NCBI RefSeq assembly: GCF_009914755.1
Contig: NC_060940.1
Source: the human T2T-CHM13v2.0 reference genome, Homo sapiens
Direction: 5' to 3' (one strand)
DNA length: 64,000 nucleotides
In this document: piece by piece, positions 1 through 13,285 of the stretch
Layout: each line of letters opens with the position of its first letter
How positions within the stretch are numbered: position 1 is the first letter of the stretch
Program-made: the position numbers and the translations under genes
Notes under the pieces: generated by a model
Database searches by the model: none
What the model was told of the DNA's origin: nothing
What the model saw: the letters and a program-made list of their open reading frames with translations, nothing else

Positions 1-927
1 TATTATTAATACCACTGCTACTCCAAGCTTCAATGATAGTCATGATATTTTCTAATGTTTTTGAAGCATTTACCACTATGAGTCAGGCAGGGTACCCAGC
101 TACTCAATGTCATTTAGTATTCCTAACAGCACCCTAGGGTAGGGACAAGACCATTAATATTTTGTAGATGACAAAATCGAGCCTCAAAAGAAGTTTAGCA
201 ACATGCCAAGGGCACCCAACTCTTTTGGGAAAGCCAGAATTTTCACTAGCCATTGACGACCAAGCTCTGTTACTAAATCATAATCTATAACTGCCTATCA
301 TACTCCACCCAAGTTTTACCTAGAATCAGAGAATTTTTAATCTCTAGACATTCCAGTTGGGTAAATACAACTATTGCCACTTGACTGCAAGGGAAGTCAA
401 AAGGTTAATCAACTTACTGTGTTTGCCGTAAAGGGAAATTTGAAATATCAGCAGAAAGAAATTTATCAATATGGCTTCAAACTGCTGTAAATTTAAAACA
501 GATCACAGCCTTTCTACAAAAAATATGACTGCACTTCAGCATAAAGCCATTTAAAAATAACTATTTCCAGATACCATATGGGTTATGAACCAGTTTCACA
601 TGAGTAGTATAATTTTTGAAGGAAGTCGTTATTAGAAACACAAGGCTGAAAAATCATTTTAGACCAAAACTACAGGAAATATTTGAAGGTAGGTATCTTA
701 ATCGAAAAACAAATGTTGAAGCTGGTCAAGAGAAAACCTGCAGAGAGGAAGTTCAAAATTCCAGCAGACAGGGGAAATCCAAATTCCAAGAAGGCATGTA
801 AGATGTGGAGATTGTTTTGTAAAACACAGAGACCAGGTGAATTCCAAAAACATTACTGTTGTCAGAGAGCTGCACATTAAACGCTATTCCAGCTTTGTTC
901 ACTAAACAAGTGCCAGTCTTCATTGCC

Positions 928-1234
<307 letters not shown>

Positions 1235-2160
1235 TGGATTGCTTTCTAGGAGACCCATACTGTCCCAAATCTAACACAATTATTTCTACATGTAGAGTAA
1301 AGAAAAAATAGCTTTAGAATCTAAGTTAGACATGGGAAAGAAGAAAAATCAACTGTGTAGAAAGGAGAAACTTTGTGTATTTATTCCTACATAAGTGAAA
1401 TACACTGTATACAAAAGAAGGGCAGAGTCCTCATTTTTCCAAGTTTCCCAAGTACAAATATAAAGGATGTTAGACTTCCCACAGGCCATGGCTATAATGT
1501 TAAAATGCTATAATTAATATAACTTTTCCACTGCAAACATTTTCATTATCATTCAGCAGATGTTATATTAAAAGAAAGAAATAACTCCATGCTAAAGGGA
1601 ATGCTCTTCTTTTTGACAAGTTTAATGGTTTCTTCTTAACTAGATAGTTATGTAGGTCTCATAGAATTTGGAGTCATTAACACAGTGATGTTAATCTATT
1701 CCAAGAACTGAGTAAAACTGCCCACTATACAGAGCATGAGAAGAAAATAGGATTTATACAAAAAAAGAGAAAATGTTGATATTTAGGATGATTGCAAACT
1801 GGTAGCAGACATGTGCTTTGTTTTGCCCATGCAGAGCTTACAAAAAATGTTGAGTAAGTTGCCCACATTAAACATTGGAAGATTTCACATCATATCCAGA
1901 TGTTGGCTTGTCTGGAAAACTCAAAGCAGGCAACACTTGGACCTTGATCCTGAAAAACTGAAGACAGCAAGCACCTTCCCTACTGAGATGTAGCCTCCTG
2001 TCCCTGTCTGCCACAGGGTCCTCTGTGTTGTCCTATATACGGCAAAATTGCTTTACCTACTTGTGTATCCTCCCTGACCTTAGGATTTGAGTTTGGGACA
2101 CCCAATATAAAGGATGGTAAGGGTAAGAAATCAGGAAGAAGTAATCTAAAGAAGAGGAAG

Positions 2161-2485
2161 GGCCGGGCATGGTGGCTCACACCTATAATCCCAGCACTTT
2201 GGGAGGCCGAGGCAGGCAGATCACCTGAGGTTAGGAGTTCAAGACCAGCCTGGCCAACATGATGAAATATCGTCTCTACTAAAAATACAAAAATTAGCCG
2301 GATGTGGTGATGCATGCCTGTAATCCCAGCTGCTTGGGAGCCTGAGGCAGAAGAATCACTTGAACCTGAGAGGCAGAGGTTGCAGTGAGCCAAGATCACG
2401 CCACTGCACTACAGCCTGAGAAACAGAGAGACACTCTGTCTCAAAAACAACAACAACAACAACAACAACAACAAAAATAAATAAA
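2161..2485 (+). mobile_element. Alu (AluS-type) with (AAC)n tail
   Basis: ggccgggcatggtggctcac start, dimer structure, AAC microsatellite tail. Confidence 0.95.
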
Positions 2486-2704
2486 GAGAGAAAGAGAAAG
2501 AGAGAGAGAAGAGCAGGAACCCCAGGGAGTGGTATAACAATCACACACGACAGAGAAACGGAGGGCTTCCAGAAGGCAGTGATCAAAGCTGCCAGACACT
2601 TCAGAAAAGTCAGATAACCTAAAGCCTGAGAGCAACCCACCACCTTTGCAACGAGGAGGCTGTGATAACTTTGGTAACGACCATTTTAAGGCATTGGTCT
2701 AGAT

Positions 2705-2930
2705 CACGGTTTCTCAGTCTCTGCACTGTTGACATTTTGGGTCAGGTAAGTCTTTGCTGTTGGGGGTTGGGGGCTGTCAGTGCATTCATTACAGGAAGTT
2801 TAGCAGCATTCCTGGCCTCTACCCACTTGATGACCTTAGTACACACCCCGAAATATGATAACCTAAAATAACTCTAGCCACTGCTGAATACCCCCTGGGG
2901 TACAAAATTCTCCATGGTTGACAGCTACTG
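2705..2930. mobile_element. MER20 (hAT-Charlie)
   Basis: gcactgttgacattttggg...tttagcagcattcctggcctctacccact resembles the MER20 consensus. Confidence 0.75.
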
Positions 2931-4550
2931 TTGTAGGTAGAAAACAGATGAAACTGTGTTAAGAAGTGTAAGTTTAAGACCTAAAGAGAGAGAAGACTGA
3001 AAATATGCACCTAGATGTTTGGGTGGGATGAGAAAAACCGTCATAGGGTAGCTGCTGCAGGGAGATGTTGAAAATACAAAAAATAATTTACTTAGGTATG
3101 TAGAAATAGAACTGACATGATCCTGTTCAGTGGCCATCAGCATCCTGACCTGACTGCTATCTTTTCTTGCAGGCCAAAAGGAACAATCCTTTGTGGGAAA
3201 TGCCTCCCACCCCACTTTCATTCCATGTGATTCAGCTAGAAGCTAGACCCACCACCAGGTGTGGGGGATGCCACTTTACTCAGGCTTAGAGATGAGGCTA
3301 TCTCAATCCCAGCCAAGGCACCAGCGCTGTGCACATTGCTGTCTTTGGTCTGAAACTGTTAACTGATAGGTAGTAAGGCTAGGTACCACTTCAGGCAGTG
3401 GGGGATGGTGAGGATGAAGCAGACAAGGAGGAAAGTAGGCCAGAGAGATGGAGAGACACCAAGTCCTTCTGACATCACTTAGCACCTCAATCCCCCAGAG
3501 TTAGAACTAGACACTTCTTTTTCACTTAAATTCAGGTGAATGAAGCATTTATCTCTTAAAAGAAAGCCTCAGAGAAGCTAGAGGAGTTCTGACTTAAGTT
3601 TTTATGTTGTTGTTTCCCTACCCTAGAAGATAAAACTAAGTGATGTCTTTTGTTTCTTTTCATTAAGAGACTCTACTACTACTTGCTAGTATTAGGGTTC
3701 TAGAAAGTTGCTTAATCACCCTGACCTTTTGCTGTTTCAATCGAGAAATGGAGAAGAAAACACTATACACTTCATAGAGTTGTCTGGGGCTGCAAGTAAT
3801 ATGCTGCCGAGCACAAAGTAGTAAAATGCCTTGGTTACACTAAGCATTCAAAACATGTCAATAGCTACTATTCAGGATGCAACCATGACTTATATTCAGG
3901 ATGCAACCATGACTTGATTACCACTACTGCTGCTGCTACTACCACTCCTACTAATGATGATATTTACAACTATAACTGTAATGTCCCTAAGTAATAGTCT
4001 CTAGTATAAACTAATTACAGATAGCTTTGTCTGTACAATCTGGAATCCTATAGGAGTCTATCTTTAGGAAGAGAGTGGCTTATATGAACATCTTGCCAGG
4101 TATGGGCTCTTTAAAATAAGCAAAAAGGCTTTCAAGGATCAAGAACTCTATGGTGGCACTGGTTAATCAACGCCCCATAGCCAGATATCTCAAATAAGCT
4201 AATACAATTTAAAATGGAATCTCTGACCCTGCATACTTGAAAATCTACCCCCCAATTTGGGGTCTCATAGAAGACCTCCATGGTCTTATACCCATTCCCT
4301 ATAGGCTCCTCACATCTCAGCTCCAGCTGCAGTAGACAGTTCAGGCTAAGCTCAGCCTTGCCTCCAGCAGACCACATCCCACCTAGAGCCAGCATTACAT
4401 ATCTTCGCACCTGTTCCCCATGCTTTTCTTCTATCCCAGAGTCTACTTAGCCTCCAGCCATCCTTTGGGGATGGAGTGAGTTAAGACCCCTGGGACTACC
4501 CCTGATTAATGGAGGGTAGAACCCAGTGAACATCCTATTTCAGGGGGAAT

Positions 4551-4594
4551 TGTGTGTGTGTGTGTGTGTGTCTGTGTGTGTGTGTGTGTGTGTG
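4551..4594 (+). repeat. (TG)n microsatellite at Alu tail
   Basis: About 22 TG units with one interruption. Confidence 0.95.
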
Positions 4595-4883
4595 TTTTGT
4601 TTTTTTTTTTTTTTGAGACGGAGTCTCGCTCTGTCGCCCAGGCTGGAGCGCAGTGGTGCAATCTCAGCTCACTGCAAGCTCCGCCTCCCGGGTTCACGCC
4701 ATTCTCCTGCCTCAGCCTCCTAACTAGCTGGGACTACAGGCGCCCGTCACCGCACCCGGCTAATTTTTTGTATTTTTAGTAGAGACAGGGTTTCACCGTG
4801 GTCTCGATCTCCTGACCTCGTGATCCGCCTGCCTCGGCCTCCCAAAGTGCTGGGATTACAGGAGTGAGCCACCGCGCCTGGCC
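4595..4883 (-). mobile_element. AluY with 12-bp left-monomer deletion (AluYc/Yd lineage)
   Basis: AluY diagnostics gcaagctccgcctcccgggttcacgccattc. tttcaccgtg|gtctcgatc lacks ttagccaggatg. Confidence 0.85.
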
Positions 4884-5063
4884 TCTCTGTGGTTCTTAAG
4901 AGATTATGGCAGAATTTAACTCACAGTGCCCTCAGAAGAATCCTCTAGAAAGCATTCTTATACTGCTGTTGTTCCTTCCTTATCTCATTCTCTCTGTCTG
5001 CTCACTTCTGCTTCCTGGGATCACCTCCCAAATAAACTACCTGCACCCAAAATTCTTATCTCA

Positions 5064-5402
<339 letters not shown>

Positions 5403-5449
5403 GAAAGAAACCAAATTGTAACATAAATCAAGCCACAATAATCCAAGAT

Positions 5450-5670
5450 AATAGCAAATATGTTTACTGTGTACTAGATGCCACTTTCAGACCTTTACTG
5501 AAATTAATTCATCATTCCTTTGAAATGGATGATATTACTGATTCCATTTCAGAGATATAGAAAGGAAGGCACAGAACATTTAAATAATTTGCCCAAATCC
5601 CACAGTCACCAAATGGTGAAGCCAGGTTTGGAATTCTGGCTGCAGAGCCTCAGTCACTGTAGTATGCTCT
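5450..5670 (-). mobile_element. MIR
   Basis: ccatttcagagat...aataatttgcccaaatcccacag...gccaggtttggaattc core. Confidence 0.6.
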
Positions 5671-5698
5671 CCATCTCTACACTAGAATTGACAAGTTC

Positions 5699-6276
5699 TG
5701 TGTGAAGATGAACTTTATGTATCAAATTGACTGGGCTAAGGGATTCTCAGATAGCTGGTAAATGTTATTTCTGGGTGTGTCTATGAGGGCATTTAAGGAA
5801 GAGAAAGCATGGGAATCAGTAGACTGAAGAGGATTCACCCTCACTGACACAGAGAAGCATCATCTAATTTCTTGAGGGTCTAGACAGAACGAAAATGAAG
5901 AGGAAGGATGAATTTGATCTCTCTCTCGCTCTCTTTTCTTGAGCAAGGATATCCATCTTCTTCTGCCCTAGGACATCCACACTCCAGGTTCTTGGACTTC
6001 TGTAGTTTAGGACTTACATCAGCAGCCCCCACATTCTCAGGCTGTCAGCCTTGGAGTAAGAGTTACACCTTTGGCTCCCTTGGGTTTCAGGTGTTCGGAC
6101 TCAGGTCAAATCACATCACTATCTTTTCTGGTTCTCTAGTTTGCAGACAGCATATTGTGGAAATTTTCAGCTTCCATAGTGGCACGAGCCAATCCCTATA
6201 ATAAATTCCCTAGCTACCTACCTACCTAATTGTATGTCCTATGGGTTCTGTTTTTCTACGGAACGCTGACTAATAC
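5699..6276 (+). mobile_element. MLT2 (ERVL) solo LTR
   Basis: tgtg...tttatgtatcaaattgactgggcta start and ggttctgtttttct...ctgactaataca end. Confidence 0.85.
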
Positions 6277-7129
6277 ACTCGGTCTCCTTCTAGAACCGTT
6301 GCAAACACACAGGTATACAAAGAACTTTAGTTATATAATGAGATACTCAATTTCCTAAGTTTCCTGCTGCAGCACAAAATATGACCCATCACTTGCTTCC
6401 TGCCCAGTGAAAGGAATATTCCACTGGCAGATGTCCAGTCCCTCCACCTCTGAGCACTCCTGTCCTCTTCTGGAAGCAGGCCTAGGGGCCAGCAATGTCT
6501 ATTATCCCGATAGTCCTGGAACACCCTTCTACGTGTGTTAGGTTCTAACATAGAGAGGGCTTTTCCAGGCTCCTGCAAATCCCTGGGTGGGGCCTGGAGC
6601 ATTTGAGGTTGAGAAGGAAAAAACTGAATCTACTTGTAAGCGGTGGCCGAGATCACTAATGGGGATTTCAACTCTGCGAGCAAATTTAAGTCCCACATTT
6701 AGGCAGAATGTAAATAACTTTTAAAAATAACTTTAAGTAGAAGATTTATTTACATGCCTTCCCTTCCCTCATTTGATCAACTTGAATAATTAAAGACTAA
6801 TGATAGAAAATACATTTTCACAAAACAAAGTGAAGGCTGGATGAGCACTGTTGGCCTCCAAAAAGCAAAGTTTTGACTTCCAGGTCTCATCTTTACAAAA
6901 TTATTCTAACTCTCTGCCTTTTTAAAAGGTACCTGGCTCAAGACCAAGAACTCCAGCCAAGGTTGAATGCCCTGAATTTTTTACCTTTGTGTCCAGCTTC
7001 CTCATGGGAAATGCCCCAAATGTCACTGAAACACAACCTCTCTCAAATACACATGGAGCAACTGCCGGACAGCAATCACATGGTGATACATTATTAATAA
7101 TTTTTCACCATTACCATAAATTACAACAA

Positions 7130-7580
7130 ACAGTAGCCGCTATATTAACCGCTTATTATGTGCCAAGTACTGTTTAAACATTTGTACTTGTGTTAATGCA
7201 ATTTCATACTCACTATAACGATGTGACAGATAATAATGTCAAATTTGTAGTTAAGGCAACTGATGCACAAAGAGGTCAAATGACTTACCCAGGGTCATAT
7301 AGATAAGTGGGAAAGAAAAGAATTAATTATTAAGAAAGTGTTAGTACCATTAGTCCAGAAAGAATTTTTTTATCCTTAGGCTAATTGTTAATAATAACGA
7401 CCAGCACTTATTGAGCATCCTTTAAGTCACCTCATTTAATCCACATAATGAAATTTGGAGGTAGGCAGTATGAAGAGTTAAGCAACTTTCTCAATGTCAC
7501 AACAATTTTATCAAGTGGCAGAGCCAGTATTTGAACTCAAGATTATCTATCCTCAGACTCTGTGCTTCTAACTCACTACA
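7130..7580 (-). mobile_element. Two MIR fragments
   Basis: Repeated MIR cores (agaggtcaaatgacttacccagggtcat; aagtggcagagccagtatttgaactc). Confidence 0.6.
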
Positions 7581-7804
7581 CATCCCACTATGATATGACA
7601 TGAAAAGATAGAAAATCAGAGAATGGGAGGAGAGAAGGTTTAGGGACCAATGTAGTTAAAAGTCAATAGTAATAGTTCCCTGCCCTCTGAATATCTCTGC
7701 CCCTCTGCCTGGAATAGAGCCTGTTGATGGCTTAGTCAGGTCCTCTGAACAACATCTAAATGACCTGTGTGTCTCAGCCAGTTTACTATCTGTTAGGGGA
7801 GACT

Positions 7805-8100
7805 GAGTCATTCATTCATTCAAAATAGATATGTTGAATATTCATATACATCAGAGATGCTGGGAAAAATCAGACACAGCCCTCCTCACAGCACTTACAG
7901 TCTAGTGAGAGACAAATAACCAAGGAATCACACAATTTCAAATAAGTAACTTGAAAGGAAGGGACACGATGCCATGCAAGTACAAAACAAAGGGACTTGA
8001 GTGAATCTAGTTGGAGAAGAGGGTTGGCTGGGAAGGAAGGCTTTCCTAAGAGTGTGACCTTGGAGCAGAGATCTGAATGACAATTGGAGTTTTAAACTGG
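7805..8100 (-). mobile_element. L2 3' fragment
   Basis: tcattcattcattcaa start; cttacagtctagtg; ggaaggctttcctaag. Confidence 0.6.
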
Positions 8101-8111
8101 AAGCAACCCAC

Positions 8112-8170
8112 CCTTCCTCCCTCCCTCCCTCCCTCCCTACCGTCCTCCCTTCCTCCCTTCCTCCCTTTTC
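8112..8170 (+). repeat. (CCCT/CCTT)n pyrimidine tract
   Basis: Direct reading. Confidence 0.85.
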
Positions 8171-9707
8171 CTCTGCTTTCTGCAGAGTGCAATATGAAAA
8201 TTCTTCAGAAGGTAATTCTTGTGAAACAAAAAGCTTTGCCCTTTAAAGACAACTGTGTCTCCTAACAGGAGGAAGAGGAGGAGGTGGAGGAGCAAAAAAA
8301 CGTGAATGAATAAATCAAGAGCTTGAACTGACTTCTGCATTTCTGCTAAAACAATTATCAAACTCCACAAGCCAATAGATGCCTATGACCAAAGGGAAGG
8401 TGGAACTTTTCAGGGCAACAAGCAAATAGATTTGGAGGATACCTTTTCAGGGTCACAAAAAATTAGATTTAGGGGGGAAACAGATTTTGAGTGCAAACCT
8501 CAATTCCACTGTACTATATAATCATACATACCTAGGATTTCTCTATAAGTTCTTCTCTATAAGTCTGCAGAACCAATGGCCATAATAAAATTACAAGAAA
8601 GAAGAAAGGAAATCTTAGAAAATTTACTATGGGGCTAAATGTCATCTAAGAATCAACACTGGAAATAAGAGCAAACATAATTTGACTCTCAAATACATAG
8701 TAGATGGAGTAGTTAACAGTGCTGGACTGTTTTGTCTGTTCTGTTTGTGTAATGAAAGGATATAACTTCCCTAAACCCAAACCACGTCATTCTGTCCATC
8801 TTGTTTTCTAATGTATTTCTCACAGAGTGCACTCTGTGATCCTTTGCGTCTAAGGTGACTGATTCTATGCTAGGCTCTGAAGCTGCAAAGATGAGAATAA
8901 TCACTCTCTATCCTCAAGAAGTTCCTTATCTACTAGGAAGATGGCCAAGTAAACTGGTAACTGCAGTGCAGCATGATGACAAAGATAAGCCCCAAGAGCT
9001 CAAAGCATGAATCCTTAACACAGTCTGGGAGTATCACAGAAGAATTTTTGCTGAAAAGGATGTTTGAACAGTGTCTTAATTAACAAGGCCAGAGCCCCCA
9101 GAGCGGGGGAATGTTTTTAGCACTGCTGTTAATTACCTTAGCCACTGGTGAGGAAAAAATTCAGAGTGATTTTGGGCAGATCAGCTCTGACTAAAGGTGA
9201 CATTAAAATCCAGACAAAGGGAGCATTTGTCTTGAAGCAGCACTTGGCCACCCCTGGGCTGGGACTGGGAGAGAAAATGTGGACTCCTCAGACACATGTT
9301 GACAGCTAAGTGGATCCAAATTCATGTCCAGACAGGGAGCTCATGGTCAACTGCATTCAAAATTTTTCAATCCTGAATGAAAATCAAACTGAAACAGCAG
9401 AATCCTTTTCAATACCTCGAGCACCTTTCCATCCCACTTGGGAGAACAGCTTGCAATGTCCAATCCTGCATCCAATTCAGCTCTCATTTTGATCATCAAT
9501 AGGACAGATTTATTGTAATGCTTTGAATGAGCAGATGGCCTGTAGTCAAGTTTCAACTCAATTTGATGTTGAGGACATAAACCTTAGGAAATGATCCCTT
9601 CCTGTGTGTTCTTAATTTCAACTTTTCCTAAGTGAGAAAGCAGTATTAAGCCTACAAAAGTTATTCCTCTGCTTTAATAGATGGGAGATCTTGAGTGATT
9701 AACCTCT

Positions 9708-10030
9708 TGTATTGTCTGCCAGGACTTTCCTAACAAAATACCATACACCATGTGGCTTATACAACAGAAAGTTATTTTCTTACAGTTCTGGAGGCTAAAA
9801 AGTCTAATATCGAAGCTCTGGCCACTATGGTTCCTGATGAGGGCTGACTTCCTAGGTTACAGATGGTCACCTTTTCACTGTTTCCTCACATGGTAGAGAA
9901 GGAGATCTCTGGTATCTCTCCCTCTTCTTATAAAGACACACTGGTCCTATCAGATTAGAGCCCCTTCTTTATGACCTCATTTAACCTTCACTACACTCTC
10001 ACAGATCCTACTTCCAAATATATCAGGGTT
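9708..10030 (-). mobile_element. MLT1A/B-type MaLR LTR
   Basis: aacaaaatacca...ttacagttctggaggct...atgacctcatttaacctt. Confidence 0.75.
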
Positions 10031-10711
10031 GGAAGATGAGAAAGTGACGATCTAATAATCTATGTAAGAAAATGAAAGAAATATTAAACCCAAAGCAAGC
10101 AGTAGAAAAAAAATCCACAATTTTCAATTCACTTTATGAAGGTAGTCTAACTTTGATACCCAGACCTGACAAGGGTACAACAGTAAAATTACAGACCAAA
10201 TTTTCTCACAAACATACAGATGTGAAATCTTAAAAATTTACAAATGAAATCTAGCAATGACTAAAAGTGACACTACATCATAACCAAGTAAGTTTTATAC
10301 CAGAAAGCCAAAGCTGGCTTAACATTTGGAAAACCAATCCATTTACTGAGGAAAAAAAGAGAAAAATCATATGGTCAAAATAGATGCTGAAAATATAATG
10401 TATAGGTATAAATTATTAGAGAATTACAAATAAAAGGTGTTATCATCAATCTGATAGAGGGTATCTCAAAAGAAACCCACAGTTAACATCATGTATAATA
10501 GTGAAATAAAATCTTGCCCTCCAAGATCACGATTGAAACAAAGATGCTTGCTTTTATCACTTGTAATTATCACCACACTTGAGGTCCTTGACACTACAAT
10601 AAACAATAAATAAATAAACAAATAAATCCATGAAGATTGGGGGAAGGGGAGAACTGTCATTATTCATAGGAAACATGATTGTATATTAAGAAAACTGAAA
10701 AGAATTTATAA

Positions 10712-11217
10712 CATTACCAGGTATATACCCAAAGGAAAATAAATCATTCTACCAAAAAGACACACGCACTCATATGTTCATCACGGCACTATACACAATA
10801 GCAAAGACGCAGAATCAACCTAAAAGCCCATCAATAGTGAACTGGACAAATAAAATTTTGTACATACACACACAGCCATAAAAAAGAATATCATTTTTTT
10901 TGCAGCAACATGAATGCAACTGGACACCATTATCCTAAGCAAATTAACAAAGAAACAGAAAGCCAAATACTGCATGTTCTCACAAGGGGGAGCTAAACAT
11001 TGGGTATATATGGATATAAAGTAGGAAAATTAGACACTGGGGATTACTAGAAGGGAGAGGAAGGGAGAAGAGAAAGGGCTGAAAAACTACCTATTGGGTA
11101 CTCTGCTCACTACCTGGGTGACAGGATTATTCATACCCCAGACCTCAACATCATGCAAAACACTCATGTAACAAACCTGCACATATATACCTCCTGAATC
11201 TAAATAAAAATTGAAGA
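10712..11217 (+). mobile_element. 5'-truncated L1PB/old L1PA 3' end nested in L1M
   Basis: ggtatatacccaaaggaaaataaatcattctacc...aacctgcacat...tctaaataaaa. TSD gaaaagaatttataa (10697-10711) / gaaaggaatttataa (11218-11232). Confidence 0.85.
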
Positions 11218-12939
11218 GAAAGGAATTTATAAGTAAACTTCTACAATTGATAAGTGAGAGTGTTCTTAATAAGAGTCTATATACAAAAATCAACTTTATT
11301 TATACCTATCTGTAGCAGAAAATTAGAAAATAAATACAATTATTCCATTTTAATTAGCATAAAAATATCAAACAGGCACGAATAACAATCTAAAAATGAG
11401 CAAGATCTCTATAATGAAAACTACAAAACACCACTGAAAAGAATTTAAGACTTAACCAAATTAGATGTACCATGTTCATAGACGGAAAAGCAATAACATA
11501 AATATTAGCCTGTAAATTCAATGCAGTCCAAATAAATACCCCAGCAGAATTTTGGTAGAAATTGGCAAACTAACGCTAAAATGCAAAGAACACAATATAG
11601 TCACGACAATCCAAAAGTACAAAGATGAGGGACTTATACTCCTAAATACGTGTAAGACATGTTACAAAGCTACCATAATTAATAAGGTGTGGTATTAGAA
11701 TAAAGACTTTTTTAAAAAGTGAAATAAAATACAGAACTCAGAAACAAACCAACACATACACAATCACCTATGACAAGTATCAGCTAGCAATGTAGTGTGC
11801 CTGTAGTGTCTTTCTGATAAAATGCTGTATCAGGTGAATTTCCAATTGGGAGAAAATGGTAGCTAGACCTGCATTTCCTATCATCCAAAAACTCAATTCC
11901 AAGCAGATTATAAACTAAATGTAAAGGCAAATAAATATAACTTATAGAATTTTACATTGGAAAATATTTTCATGATCTTGGATGTAAGAAAGCATTTTAA
12001 TACAGGAAGCCAGAGACTGATAAATTGTGAGAAATTAAAATTTAAAAAGTGATTCATTATTAAAAAGCCAATAAAAGGATAAAAAGGCATACCAGGATGT
12101 ACAAGAAAATACTATTATCCAAAGAGATGCCATACCCAGAAAAATCTAATAGAAAAATGGCAAAAAACTTAGGGAGATATTTGACAAAAGAGGATATCTA
12201 AATGTCCAGTAAATGTGAAAAATTTGCTCAACTTCTTTAGTCATCAGAGAGACACAGATTTACTATATGATATACCAAGCATACTCTAGATTAAACTTTA
12301 AAAACACAAAAATACCAAGTACTGGCAAAGATGAGGAACATGTGGAACTTGTGTGGACAGTTTGTGGGAATGTAAATTGGTAGAACCACTTCAGAAAACT
12401 GACATTTTCTACCGAAGCTGAATTTGCACATGCTAGATGACCGAGAAATTCCATTTCTAGATAAATATAGCCAACAGAAATGAGTACATTTGAACCATAA
12501 GACCTGCAAAAAGAATAGTCACAACAGCATTATTTGTAATATCCCCAAACCAGAAACAACCCAAATGTCTGTCAACAAAAAAATAGATAAATAGTGGTTT
12601 ATTCATGAGGTGAGATACTTTGAAGAAACGAGAATAAACTACAGCTACATATAACAATATGGATGGATATTATGAACATACTGTTGAGCAAAAGAAACTC
12701 GACAAATTAGAGAATTAGAGCACTCTATTGATTGCATGTATACAAAGTTCAAAAAAAGGCAAAACTAACCTTCAGTGACAGAAGTCATGGTAGCAATTAT
12801 GTCTGTGGAGTGAGACAATTTGGAACTGAGAGAAGGTATGAGTGAAGGCTTTTGCAATGATGGTGACATGATATATTTTCATCTGGTTGGTGGTTAGAGG
12901 AGTGTGGCCACTTTCTGAAAATCAATTAGCTGTTTACAA

Positions 12940-13285
12940 CAGTTCCTCCTTAACCACATTTCACTCTCCATGGTTTCAGTTACTCAAAGTCAACCACAGT
13001 CTTAAAATAGATGAGTAATTATAAGATACATTGAGAGAAAGGCCATAGTCACATAACTTTTAATACAGTATATGTTATACTTGTTCTATTTTATTATTAT
13101 TGATAATCTCTTACTGTGCCTAATTTATAAGTTAAACTTTATCATAAGTATGTGTATATATATACACACATATATATAAAAATAAAGAAAAAACAGTTTA
13201 ATATTGGGTGCAGTACCATCTGCAGTTTCAGGCATCCACCGGAGGTACTGGAACGTATCCTCTGAGGATAATGGGAGGGCTACGT
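12940..13285. mobile_element. MER44-like (TcMar-Tigger)
   Basis: ggtttcagttact...tcttactgtgcctaatttataagttaaactttatcata...gtttcaggcatccac. Confidence 0.75.
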
